A stretch of 28,968 nt of DNA from a bacterium (GTDB lineage: Bacteria; Margulisbacteria; Marinamargulisbacteria; GCA-2716485; JAYNIM01): contig JAYNIM010000009.1 in the NCBI GenBank assembly GCA_038109055.1, positions 37,651 to 66,618 of the forward strand. The letters run 5' to 3'. The notes under the pieces are model-generated. The model worked only from the letters and a program-made list of their open reading frames with translations. It ran no database searches and was not told the origin of the DNA. The translations under genes were made by a program, and so were the position numbers. Of this stretch, positions 9,456 through 18,377 are shown in pieces (the stretch's first letter is position 1; each line of letters opens with the position of its first letter).

Positions 9456-12400
9456 TTATCCAGAAAGTTGTTCAATAAACGCTTCTAAGGCAGGCATATA
9501 CACTTCTACAAACAAATGGTCTTGTGGTGACTGTGGAAATTTTTCTGCCTTGTCTTTTACAGGACTACCTTCAGGGTGTAGCAAATGGTCGTTCATATAG
9601 GCTAAGCAGGTCGCTTTACTTTGGCCCTCTTTGGGGATGATTTCTAGATATAATTTATTATTTCCTGATTCCTGTGATTGCCGTAAAACCATCTGTTTGA
9701 ATGGAAACTGATGCTCACTACTTAAGCGTTGATTTAAGGTACTAACCAGTGTTTCGCAATAATTTACCGCGACCTGTCTGTAAAGTGATGTTTGCTCTGC
9801 TAGAGTTTGTGGTTCATCAACTAGAGACTCATATCCTTCTGGTATCGGTCTGTCTGTTTTAACTTTAAATACAAATGCTTCTTGTGCTGTTTTTTCATCT
9901 TTGTATACCGTGCAATATAAATCTGTAGGCTCTACTAGATCAAAACAATACTGTATAGCTGTACCGCCCCCATGCATTTCATATTCTTCTGCTCTCCTAC
10001 TATGTTGTCTTAAACTTGGAGTCCTTACCTGCTCCACTAATTCTTGTCGACGTTTAGCGATCTCTACTTCTCGTTTCTCACGTGATATTAATGCTTGCAA
10101 AAAATCAGCAACATTTTGCTTAACACCCTCTCTATCTTGTTGTATTGCTTTATATCCACTCGTACTCTCATCCCTATAAGTAGGACTCTCTACATCACTG
10201 TCCTCTATACTCAATCTTGTACTAATTTTAATTTTTTTTTCACCCTCTGGAGTGATATCGATCTCTACTTCTTGAACATGCCCAAAATGGCCACCATCAT
10301 GTGTTTCTACTGCAACCCTATATGTTGTTTTATCTGCCTGGACTGTTTCTGAAAAGTTAGATTTTTGGAAGCTTGGAAAATGTGTCTCTAGAAATACAAT
10401 AATTTCTTCATTACTTATTTCAAGGGTGGCTGGTAGGCTTATTGTATCATTTGCACAATGCCACTGCAGGTCCTCTTCAATTACTCCATCAACCACAATT
10501 TGCGCAAGCGTTACGAGTTCATCTCCTCCACTATTGATTCCATACCCCTGTACACTAATTCCTTGGGTACCTAGTTGTGAAAGAAATGTCTCATGCAAGG
10601 TATTTTTCACTTTTGATTGTTCTTCCTGACTTAATAAGGAGGCTATTTGACTATGGCTTATTTCTGTAAACCCGTGCTCTGGATTGTAACATAATAAAGG
10701 GACCGTCCTACCAAGTGCCGCTGATATGGCACATGCTTCTTCATAATCAGCACGTAATTGTTTTTTTTGATCCTTATCTAATTTTGTCGCTTCATTTAGC
10801 GTTTTTCTACTAATCATCAAACCTTGAACACTTTCCTGTGTATACGTTCCTAAAACTTCGTTATGTGTTAATTTACTGGAACCTATCAGTCCTAATCCTC
10901 TATCTTCTACTTCGCCCTTTTGTCTTTGTGTCATTTCTTCTAGTTTTAAAGGTAAGCTCTCCCCTTTGTCTTTTTTACTGCCTTTTGTAGGTTGATAATC
11001 GCTGACTTTAGTACTCATGTCGCTTGACCCTACATTTTTTTTGTATGAATATATTCCCATATCTTTAAATATTAGTCCTATTCTACCTTTATAAAATATA
11101 CTAGGATGAGCATTCTGGCTTATTAATGTACTAGGCCTCCATATAAATGGAGTGCCATCTTCTGATATTGGACTTTTCCCATGTGTTTTAACATAGCAAC
11201 GTAACTGCTGCATCTTAAGGGCTTTTAGTATTTCAGCTGGTGAAACATCAGCTCTTATTTGGCTTAATCTTTCGTTTATTGCTGACCTTTGATCTTTATC
11301 TAGCTCCTCGTATAATTTCACATGTTTTTCTGTTAAAATGTGGGCGTCTCTTAATATAGTTACTATTTTTGTTGATTTCTCAGCTGGAACACCTAGAACC
11401 TCACATAATGCAGATATAGCCTCTGGCTCACTGAATGAAACGTCTAAGCCTTTTAATATTTCTTGGTTTTTTTGGAGAACCGCCACTTCATCATGAAAAG
11501 ACTCTGATGTGTCTATTAGCCGACAATGCACCGTTTCATCCGTGATCGCCTTAAGTTCAGCTTCTGCTACCCCTGAGCCTTTTTCTAATAATTGTTCTTT
11601 TATTTTTTCTGGATCACAGACATAGAGATCTTCCATTGATAGATCTTTTAATAAAAGATCTCTTGAAGGCATGTCCTTCCCCATACTGCCTGCCAATTTA
11701 ACCGCTTCCATAAGATAGTGCTCTTGTAGCTTTTCCTGTATAAAAAGATAGGGATTCTCACTATTCTCACAGGCAATATGACGTTTACTTCTTTCAGCTT
11801 TTAATGAAAAATCGTCCCCTATTCTTTGTATAAATTTATCGTGGCGTGCAATCGCTCGATCAAGTAGACTCTCTTTTTCTGTCCCTTTTACCTGTTCATG
11901 CAAACATAATTCCTCTTTGTAAAATATAGGCCTTATTCTTCGAACGTCTAAACAATCTCCGTCATGTAAAAAACGTTGTTGTCTAGACATATTTTCTCTT
12001 AGATAGTCTGTACAAGACTCTGGCGATTCATAAGGCTCTGCGTGTTGCTCAGCTCTTACCTGACTATTTATAAACTCTTTTACTGTTGTCGTATACCGAT
12101 AGTTACCTTCACTCCCTTCACGCAGACATACAAGCTTTGCGTCGGGGTCTAAAGGGTCTGGTATATCTTTTAGTTCTATCGCGAATGCAGCGTCTCTTAA
12201 ATCTGGGTCATTTGGATCAACACCCGCCTCAATCATATCATCTAAAAATTGCTGAACATGTCCAGCTTCGTGTAAAAATTTATCTTCCGCCGTTCTATTT
12301 TTAATATCTCCACTTACACGTGTTCCATCATCTAAATTTGCCGAATCATGATAGATTGCTGCTAATTTTAATAACGCCATTTGCTTACCTGTTAAAGGTG

Positions 12401-12884
12401 TTTCTCCCATTACATGTTCAGAAAATTTTGCAAAAAACTCTGTGTTACATGCCACTCTACTGACATGGGTTGCGCCATGTAAGTAACGATTGAGTTCGCC
12501 AGGTCCTTTTGCTTCTTCTCCTGGAAAAGGGACTTTGTAATACCTATCTAATGCTGTTTTTACTAAGGCGTTAAATACACCAGGGTCTTCTAGATTTAAC
12601 TCAAGAGTTGACGTCCTCTCAACCGATTTTACGGTTGTTGCAGCTACTTCCTCTAATGATGCTGCCGGTGCTGCTGCCGGTGCTGCGGCTAATGTTGCTG
12701 GGAACTTCTCTGATGTTGGAGATTCTCCTCCCTTAGTGAACGCCTCAGCAGTATCCGAAGCAACTAAAGGAGATGCCTCTATACCACCAGGCGCTACCCC
12801 TACAGCTTTTGCAGGTTCTGCAGATCCTTCTCTCCCCACAGAATTGTGTGATGATTGACTAGCTCCCGATATAGATGAACTCAT
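9456..12884 (-). CDS. Large effector-like protein with HD-superfamily phosphohydrolase domain (SidE-PDE-like)
   Basis: HGATHVSRV...LAAIYHDSAN...LHDGDCLDVRR; S/A/G/P-rich N-terminus; RBS AGGAGGGGG. Confidence 0.7.
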   Translation of the reverse strand: MSSSISGASQSSHNSVGREGSAEPAKAVGVAPGGIEASPLVASDTAEAFTKGGESPTSEKFPATLAAAPAAAPAASLEEVAATTVKSVERTSTLELNLEDPGVFNALVKTALDRYYKVPFPGEEAKGPGELNRYLHGATHVSRVACNTEFFAKFSEHVMGETPLTGKQMALLKLAAIYHDSANLDDGTRVSGDIKNRTAEDKFLHEAGHVQQFLDDMIEAGVDPNDPDLRDAAFAIELKDIPDPLDPDAKLVCLREGSEGNYRYTTTVKEFINSQVRAEQHAEPYESPESCTDYLRENMSRQQRFLHDGDCLDVRRIRPIFYKEELCLHEQVKGTEKESLLDRAIARHDKFIQRIGDDFSLKAERSKRHIACENSENPYLFIQEKLQEHYLMEAVKLAGSMGKDMPSRDLLLKDLSMEDLYVCDPEKIKEQLLEKGSGVAEAELKAITDETVHCRLIDTSESFHDEVAVLQKNQEILKGLDVSFSEPEAISALCEVLGVPAEKSTKIVTILRDAHILTEKHVKLYEELDKDQRSAINERLSQIRADVSPAEILKALKMQQLRCYVKTHGKSPISEDGTPFIWRPSTLISQNAHPSIFYKGRIGLIFKDMGIYSYKKNVGSSDMSTKVSDYQPTKGSKKDKGESLPLKLEEMTQRQKGEVEDRGLGLIGSSKLTHNEVLGTYTQESVQGLMISRKTLNEATKLDKDQKKQLRADYEEACAISAALGRTVPLLCYNPEHGFTEISHSQIASLLSQEEQSKVKNTLHETFLSQLGTQGISVQGYGINSGGDELVTLAQIVVDGVIEEDLQWHCANDTISLPATLEISNEEIIVFLETHFPSFQKSNFSETVQADKTTYRVAVETHDGGHFGHVQEVEIDITPEGEKKIKISTRLSIEDSDVESPTYRDESTSGYKAIQQDREGVKQNVADFLQALISREKREVEIAKRRQELVEQVRTPSLRQHSRRAEEYEMHGGGTAIQYCFDLVEPTDLYCTVYKDEKTAQEAFVFKVKTDRPIPEGYESLVDEPQTLAEQTSLYRQVAVNYCETLVSTLNQRLSSEHQFPFKQMVLRQSQESGNNKLYLEIIPKEGQSKATCLAYMNDHLLHPEGSPVKDKAEKFPQSPQDHLFVEVYMPALEAFIEQLSG

Positions 12885-12921
12885 TCCCCCTCCTAATTCT
12901 CTATCTCTATGTTTTAAAATC

Positions 12922-12946
12922 TACCCTTTTTTTACTATATGTAAAC
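12922..12946 (-). promoter_or_regulatory. Putative sigmaB/SigF-like promoter GTTTA-N15-GGGTA
   Basis: Minus strand reads GTTTAcatatagtaaaaaaaGGGTAga, upstream of the ATG at 12884. Confidence 0.55.
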
Positions 12947-12975
12947 ACTTTATTAAGGCGTAAAACGTCGTTTTC

Positions 12976-13092
12976 TCCGCCACCACCGTCAGCATATTTA
13001 TACTTTCTTTTTAACCAAACGCTTTATCCTGCTTTACATACGTTATCTTCTGTCAAAAAATAGGTTCTAACCTTGTCTCTTAAGCCCCGCCA
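12976..13092. repeat. Conserved cassette right arm (attP-derived arm), copy 1
   Basis: Similar to 25531-25645; the last 47 bp (13046-13092) are identical. Confidence 0.93.
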
Positions 13093-13302
13093 TTAAAATA
13101 AAAAAAGAAACACCGCAAGGTGTTTTTTTGTTTTAAGGGCGTGGTGAGCGTAGCGAAAGAAGGGACGAGAACTGCAAGGAGCGCTTAAGCGAATAGCGAG
13201 GTTAGCGAAACAGATGTTGAGCGGCAAGCGACGCAGACTTGGTCATAGCGGAATGGAACGGAGTGGAATGGAGTAGTGACTCGAGTCTGTTCGTCCCCGC
13301 CA
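13093..13302 (+). repeat. tRNA-linked 210-bp unit, copy 3 (slightly diverged)
   Basis: Matches copies 1 and 2 except AACGGAG for AACGAAG and GTCTGTTCG for GTCCCTTCG. Confidence 0.96.
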
Positions 13303-13434
13303 TTTTTCTAAACATTCATATTTAGGCCTGATTTTAGCTGTTTTTAAGCACGAAGCAATAGGTTCTAAGTGATTTAGCTCTTGCTTGAGTGCGGATGCAT
13401 TTAAACCAACACCCAGAACGTTAGGCCAATCAGC
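13300..13434 (-). pseudogene. Possible 3' remnant of a large serine recombinase reading into the att core
   Basis: 44 open codons (ADWPNVLG...NHLEPIASCLKTAKIRPKYECLEK) in frame with the TGG of the core; no start codon or catalytic domain. Family resemblance is from memory only. Confidence 0.45.
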
Positions 13435-13666
13435 CTATTCCAGTTTAGATCGATCTAAATTCTATGATAGAATCACTGGAATTTTAGTAGGCTGTGCTTT
13501 TGCTTCTTCTGTGCCATTTTAAATGGATTATTTCCTAAGACTTTGTAACTACACTCGACCAAGTGAACTACCCTAAATGTTTCTTGATTCTGCTACAGAA
13601 TGCTTGATACTCTCTGTAAGATTCAAGAGTGTTATCCCCCACCTCTTTGACTCGCGTTGGTAAAGC

Positions 13667-14101
13667 TTAATACGATTTAAATGATTCATCTTTCGCATAA
13701 TCATATAAATCCCATCCTAAATTAGCACCAACCCAAACTTCAAGTTCACTATGATGAAGCGGATCATCAGTCACGGGGCACAAATGATTTTTGCAAGTCG
13801 CTATGACAGCTTCTTTTGAAAGTTTCTCATTCACACTATTTGCATATCGTCTGGCTTCAATCGCGCAATGCATTGCATTTACCGAAACCCCAGCTTCTGA
13901 ATCCAGATCAATTGCAGCATCTTTTGGATCAGGCAGATGTGATGTCATTGGATCCCTAAATACACCTTGTAAACCATCTCCAAGTAAGTTGCCAATGGTT
14001 ATTGGTGATCTATCAAAATCGCTAAGTATCTCAAGGCCATAGGTGGGATGGCCTGATCGATCAACTAGATATGAGGGAAGATCAAATAGAAATCTTGACA
14101 A
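13667..14101 (-). CDS. Hypothetical protein, possibly a 5'-truncated fragment
   Basis: 144-codon ORF with protein-like composition; TTG start without an RBS. Confidence 0.4.
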   Translation of the reverse strand: MSRFLFDLPSYLVDRSGHPTYGLEILSDFDRSPITIGNLLGDGLQGVFRDPMTSHLPDPKDAAIDLDSEAGVSVNAMHCAIEARRYANSVNEKLSKEAVIATCKNHLCPVTDDPLHHSELEVWVGANLGWDLYDYAKDESFKSY

Positions 14102-14147
14102 TATTCATAGCAAAGTGTTAATTTTTTACCTAAAAAAAGGAGAAGTT

Positions 14148-14735
14148 GTGGACAATTTTTTATTAGGGCAATCAAAACTTCAACCATTTTTAAAAACGGA
14201 TACTCAAGTAAGTAAATACATCGACATGACACTAATACTAGAGAAAGGGGTTGATGGTTTCACAGAAGCCACAGCTGCTGCTTTAGTAGATACCTTGCCA
14301 CACTTTTCACATGAAGGAAGTTTGAGTGGAAATGAAGATGATTTAAAAAGAATCGTTAGCCGTGCATTTAGTAGTCCTTTAGATACACCCAATATAAGTT
14401 CAGTCAAAAGCTCTCTTGTCAGGGATCTCAATACTATTAACTGTACAGCAAAATTTCGTGATGTTGCTGACAAAATATTTAGATCCAAATCTTTAGTAGA
14501 TATTATTGAAACATTAATGACACAACCCTTTTATGCAGTAGGATCCAGTTTTCAGCTAACAAAAGATTATACTATTCAAGGCAAAAAATTACTCGGCACT
14601 GACGTTAGGATAGAAAAGTTTTCAAAAGGAAAATATATTGTTGCATCAACATCAGAGCCTTCGCTTCGTTTTAAAATGACAAAGCAACAAATTGATCAAA
14701 ATAATCCACCTTCTACATGTTTGTTTTTTTCATAA
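14148..14735 (+). CDS. Hypothetical protein
   Basis: GTG at 14148 after RBS AAAGGAG; TTGACA at 14095-14100 upstream; in frame with the 230-aa ORF. Confidence 0.7.
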   Translation: MDNFLLGQSKLQPFLKTDTQVSKYIDMTLILEKGVDGFTEATAAALVDTLPHFSHEGSLSGNEDDLKRIVSRAFSSPLDTPNISSVKSSLVRDLNTINCTAKFRDVADKIFRSKSLVDIIETLMTQPFYAVGSSFQLTKDYTIQGKKLLGTDVRIEKFSKGKYIVASTSEPSLRFKMTKQQIDQNNPPSTCLFFS

Positions 14736-15107
14736 TTCCTGTTTTGCCTTTAAAATTGTGACAAATTAGTTTTAATCGTTGATCGTGGATCTTAGCCATT
14801 AGTGTATAGCAACAAAAATGCATAACTGTAAAAAATTTCGTATTCTATTTTGATATTTCTACCAGCTATTAATTCTTCTAAATGCTTTTATCTTCTCCAG
14901 CTCTCAAAACTAAATTAAACGTAAGCACTTAATAAAACTAAATCCACTTAATATGGTCCTACATCAATAGCAAACTGTTTTCTGACACTCTATTAAATAA
15001 AATATGTACCCCTTTTAATTCTTGTAGACCTCCACTCCATCATCAAAAAACAGCCTTAAAAATAGTACTTATTTGATATCTTATTTTAACTAAGTTAAAT
15101 TAATTTT

Positions 15108-16157
15108 ATGGAACGTCCCACTCTACCCTTATCTGGGTCATTAGACTCTCTTTTCAACGAACTTCCTGCGCTTAAATCAGAAAATGGCTACCAACGTGCC
15201 TTATCTCCTCGTACAAACCAGGTTTTCCCTGATCAGCATGTCTCAAGCCCTCCATGTTTTAGTCCTTATTCACCCCCTATATCTACTGCTCAGAAGGTAT
15301 CCGCCTCGCCTTCTCCGCCACCACCGCTACCACAGCTCCCCAAAGAAATATGTTATCAAACTCTTTTTTCTATGTCTCCATACCCTGATTTATCCCCACA
15401 AACAGAGACTGGTAAATCTATGTCTCCATGCCGTGATTTACCTCTACAAACAGAGACTGGCAAAATGGATAGGGAGTCTATATCGACTTCAGTTAAGAAA
15501 GAGACTGGCAAAATGGATAGGGCGCCTACTAGATCGGCTTTAGTTAAGAAAACTCACTCACCTTATAAAAAAAGGACCCCTGATGCCCTCGCTGCTTCTC
15601 CATCTAAAATACCCAAATTAGTAGGTTACTCTTGTTCTGGTGATAGAGTTGATTCCAAGCCTGAGCCATCTATCTTAAAATGTGGTTTACCTGTTCGTTT
15701 TACCTATGTAGATTCATCTATCATGAATTCATCAGTTAAAAAAACTGATGCAGAAACATATCAACAAATATTCCTTAAAAAATTAACTCTAAATGAAGCA
15801 ACTTCTTTTAAAAATGCAGATATTCCTTATTTTTCGACACAAGACAAACCTAAGGAAAAAATATATTTACTAGAAATTTATAAAGCTGTCTTAGAATCAG
15901 ACCCTCATACTGTTGTTATATTAAAACGTAACTCTGGTGGTAATAATAAGTCAAACAAAAACAATCAAAATGGTATCGTTTCTGACTCCTACCGACACTG
16001 TAAGATTTCTGGTTCATCTTCTCCGCAGGAAAATGCAACACATAAAAATTCTTTAAGAAAACAATTTAAAAATACTGCTCTAATGAAAGGTCATATCCTT
16101 TTAAAAATACACTTTAATGGTGAGCAACGCTATCATATTGTGATTGTTTCTCAGTAA
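15108..16157 (+). CDS. Orphan protein with Pro/Ser-rich disordered N-terminal half and 16-aa repeats
   Basis: 349-aa ORF; SPSPPPPLP; ETGK repeats. Confidence 0.75.
   Translation: MERPTLPLSGSLDSLFNELPALKSENGYQRALSPRTNQVFPDQHVSSPPCFSPYSPPISTAQKVSASPSPPPPLPQLPKEICYQTLFSMSPYPDLSPQTETGKSMSPCRDLPLQTETGKMDRESISTSVKKETGKMDRAPTRSALVKKTHSPYKKRTPDALAASPSKIPKLVGYSCSGDRVDSKPEPSILKCGLPVRFTYVDSSIMNSSVKKTDAETYQQIFLKKLTLNEATSFKNADIPYFSTQDKPKEKIYLLEIYKAVLESDPHTVVILKRNSGGNNKSNKNNQNGIVSDSYRHCKISGSSSPQENATHKNSLRKQFKNTALMKGHILLKIHFNGEQRYHIVIVSQ
15369..15551 (+). repeat. Overlapping 48-bp intragenic repeats
   Basis: TCTATGTCTCCA at 15369 and 15417; GAGACTGG at 15405, 15453 and 15501. Confidence 0.9.
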
Positions 16158-16223
16158 AAATATTTATGTGGATGTCTATTCTTTATTTGATTTTTGATGC
16201 TGCGATTGTTACGTTGAGGGGAT

Positions 16224-16808
16224 ATGATGACTCGGCTTCTTAAAGATGATTTTTTAGATCTTGAACCTTTTTCAAAAATTAGGCTTACTCATCAAGGGCC
16301 CTATACCCAACACTGTATTCAAAAGGGATTAAAAACGTTTAAGGATGTTTGTCAGTTTATTAAAGCGCTTCCTTACGGTCGAATTGATGCGGCTGCGTCT
16401 TATTTAGATGTGTTGGCTTTTGAGAAAGGAACGTGTAGTTCAAAACACGCCTGTTTGACAGAGATTGGAAAGGAATTAGGGCTAGAGATTGAACTGCTTG
16501 TCATTATTTTTTGGATGACGGAACAAACGATGCCCCAACTTGCTAAGCTATTGGATAAAAGCCCCTTTAATGCCATCCCTGAAGCACATTGTTTATGTCG
16601 ATTGAATGGGCTACACATTGATGTCACATTTGATAACAATCACGTTCCAGACTTTGGGAATCTTATCCATTATCAGACAATGACGGTTAGTGAACTTCGT
16701 TTTTCTAAAGTACCCTTACACAAAGAATGGATTAAAAAAGTCATGCCTGATGACCCGCTTGAGCAGGTTTGGGCTTGGCGAGAGCGGTGTATTGGGGCGT
16801 TAGGGTAA
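16224..16808 (+). CDS. Conserved hypothetical protein with transglutaminase-like Cys/His/Asp motifs
   Basis: LPYGR, GTCSSKHA, IPEAHC, IDVT; RBS GAGGGG. Confidence 0.7.
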   Translation: MMTRLLKDDFLDLEPFSKIRLTHQGPYTQHCIQKGLKTFKDVCQFIKALPYGRIDAAASYLDVLAFEKGTCSSKHACLTEIGKELGLEIELLVIIFWMTEQTMPQLAKLLDKSPFNAIPEAHCLCRLNGLHIDVTFDNNHVPDFGNLIHYQTMTVSELRFSKVPLHKEWIKKVMPDDPLEQVWAWRERCIGALG

Positions 16809-16815
16809 GACATTC

Positions 16816-16838
16816 TGAATGCTATAAAATAGCATTCA
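16816..16838. terminator. Hairpin between convergent genes
   Basis: TGAATGCTAT-aaa-ATAGCATTCA inverted repeat. Confidence 0.55.
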
Positions 16839-16928
16839 AATTTGGATGTTTTTTCTTTGTAGCGATGCTTGATATGGGTGACAATTTCGGTGGTGGTGAC
16901 GCGGGAATGACTGGAGCCTTAACTATCG

Positions 16929-17723
16929 CTACAATTTAGGCTGTCCTAAAATATAATGCCCGCATTTTCTGCCCTTTGCGTTTAGAACATCTTTCATTGT
17001 CCACTCATAGGTCTCCTTATCTGACTCTCCTATTAATTCGTGAATATCTTTAAACGAATACAGTCTTACTATGCTAGCAAGCGCATCCCAAGAAAAACAA
17101 AATGGAATCAGTGGCAGACAATAGGTATAGGCAATCTGTTTCATACGTAATGGCCGTACAAATGGCGTTAAACATAAGGTTAGTACTACTGTCGCTAAAA
17201 AATAAACAGGAAAAAGTATTTTTGGAATGTTCCTGTTAATCATCTCATAGATTAATATAGGTTCTTTATTTTCTTGTGCTGATCTTAGTATAGCGCCTGC
17301 TATCTCTGGAGACAGATGATGAAAACTGCAAATCAGTGTTTTGAGCCCCTTTGGTGCTTTGCTCAACTCACAGGCATTTAACGATGTTTTTAAATAACTG
17401 ATATTTTTTTCTCCCCCCCCATTCACCTGTTCAACGATGCCTTTGTTAGGATAAAGATCGCTTAATATTAAGCTTATCTTATCCCCTTTATTCTGTGAAT
17501 TGTATGCGTTGATTACCTCTGGCATAATGCCCCCTGAACCAGACCCTATATCTACAATGGTTGAAAATGACTGCTTTTGTTTCAGCTCTGTGATTACATT
17601 AACCAAGACCTGCTTTGACCCCATTAGCTTATGAAATACAATGATTAAATTTGTTAAACATGCTCTAAAATCAGACGATAGAAATTTTATGTCTTCAAAC
17701 TCAAAGATATTTATTCGTTTCAT
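16929..17723 (-). CDS. Class I SAM-dependent methyltransferase-like protein
   Basis: IVDIGSGSGG, SDLYP, SFHHL motifs. Confidence 0.8.
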   Translation of the reverse strand: MKRINIFEFEDIKFLSSDFRACLTNLIIVFHKLMGSKQVLVNVITELKQKQSFSTIVDIGSGSGGIMPEVINAYNSQNKGDKISLILSDLYPNKGIVEQVNGGGEKNISYLKTSLNACELSKAPKGLKTLICSFHHLSPEIAGAILRSAQENKEPILIYEMINRNIPKILFPVYFLATVVLTLCLTPFVRPLRMKQIAYTYCLPLIPFCFSWDALASIVRLYSFKDIHELIGESDKETYEWTMKDVLNAKGRKCGHYILGQPKL

Positions 17724-17803
17724 CTTTTTTTCGTACTATAATATGTTTTCTCGATATTCTCAATGCCGTTTTCGTGCTAGTGCAGGTAATAACTCGTGCT
17801 AAA

Positions 17804-18001
17804 TTACGCAATGAGGCCATAGGCTAAACGAGTATTTCCTTTTGTTCCCGTGATTTTAGCCATTGGATAACACTTTCTTTCAAAAACTTGGCGTCTCTGC
17901 CTATCATCCAAATGGGATTTGCTTGCTTGAGATATCATATTTAACTGTTTTAACCTGACAGCGTAACAAAGCGCAACATCTGCTTTTGATAAACATTCCA
18001 T
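17804..18001 (-). CDS. Small hypothetical protein divergent from the HTH gene
   Basis: ATG preceded by AAAAGGAG; 65 aa. Confidence 0.5.
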   Translation of the reverse strand: MECLSKADVALCYAVRLKQLNMISQASKSHLDDRQRRQVFERKCYPMAKITGTKGNTRLAYGLIA

Positions 18002-18015
18002 TCTTGCTCCTTTTC

Positions 18016-18114
18016 TATACGTTATCGTATAACACTACACGAAAACGTGTAACATTTATATACTTTTCCGTGTATTTGTTTTCTTTTTCAAATAAAGATA
18101 CACTATAACGTATG
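18016..18114. promoter_or_regulatory. Four 16-bp palindromic operators, consensus TAYACK-N4-CGTRTR
   Basis: TATACGttatCGTATA 18016-18031; TACACGaaaaCGTGTA 18036-18051; TATACTtttcCGTGTA 18059-18074; TACACTataaCGTATG 18099-18114. Confidence 0.75.
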
Positions 18115-18324
18115 GAACACTGTGATATTAAACACGAGATTAAGGCTGCGATTTATGAGGCGGGGTTTACGCTGTCGGATGTGGCGGAGAAGTTGGGGTT
18201 GTCGGCGACAAATTTGTCGAATATGTTGAGTCGACGGTCGATTAAGTATGCGTTGGTGAAGGAGATTGCGGGGGTTATTGGGTGTGAGCTTGGGTTTCGG
18301 AGAAAAGAGGGGGAGGGGTGTTGA
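18112..18324 (+). CDS. XRE/Cro-C1 family helix-turn-helix regulator
   Basis: GFTLSDVAEKLGLSATNLSNML...EIAGVIGC; probable leaderless promoter TTGTTT-N17-TACACT-N7-ATG. Confidence 0.85.
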   Translation: MEHCDIKHEIKAAIYEAGFTLSDVAEKLGLSATNLSNMLSRRSIKYALVKEIAGVIGCELGFRRKEGEGC

Positions 18325-18377
18325 AGTTAATATTTTGTCTTAGTTTAATTAATTTCCAATGCAGGAAGTAGATAATA

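Larger units (their letters stand above)
9404..13092. mobile_element. Cassette 1: single-gene insertion flanked by tRNA-end cores
   Basis: CCCCGCCAT at 9396-9404 and 13085-13093; interrupts the 210-bp array; right arm is shared with cassette 2. Confidence 0.8.

Noticed and set aside
9172..13302. Additional tRNA-Asp genes
   Set aside because: Only the last 22 nt are copied; there are no D or anticodon arms.
16889..16911. CGGTGGTGG...CGCGGGAATGAC as a REP fragment or arm remnant
   Set aside because: Single short match with no partner inverted repeat.
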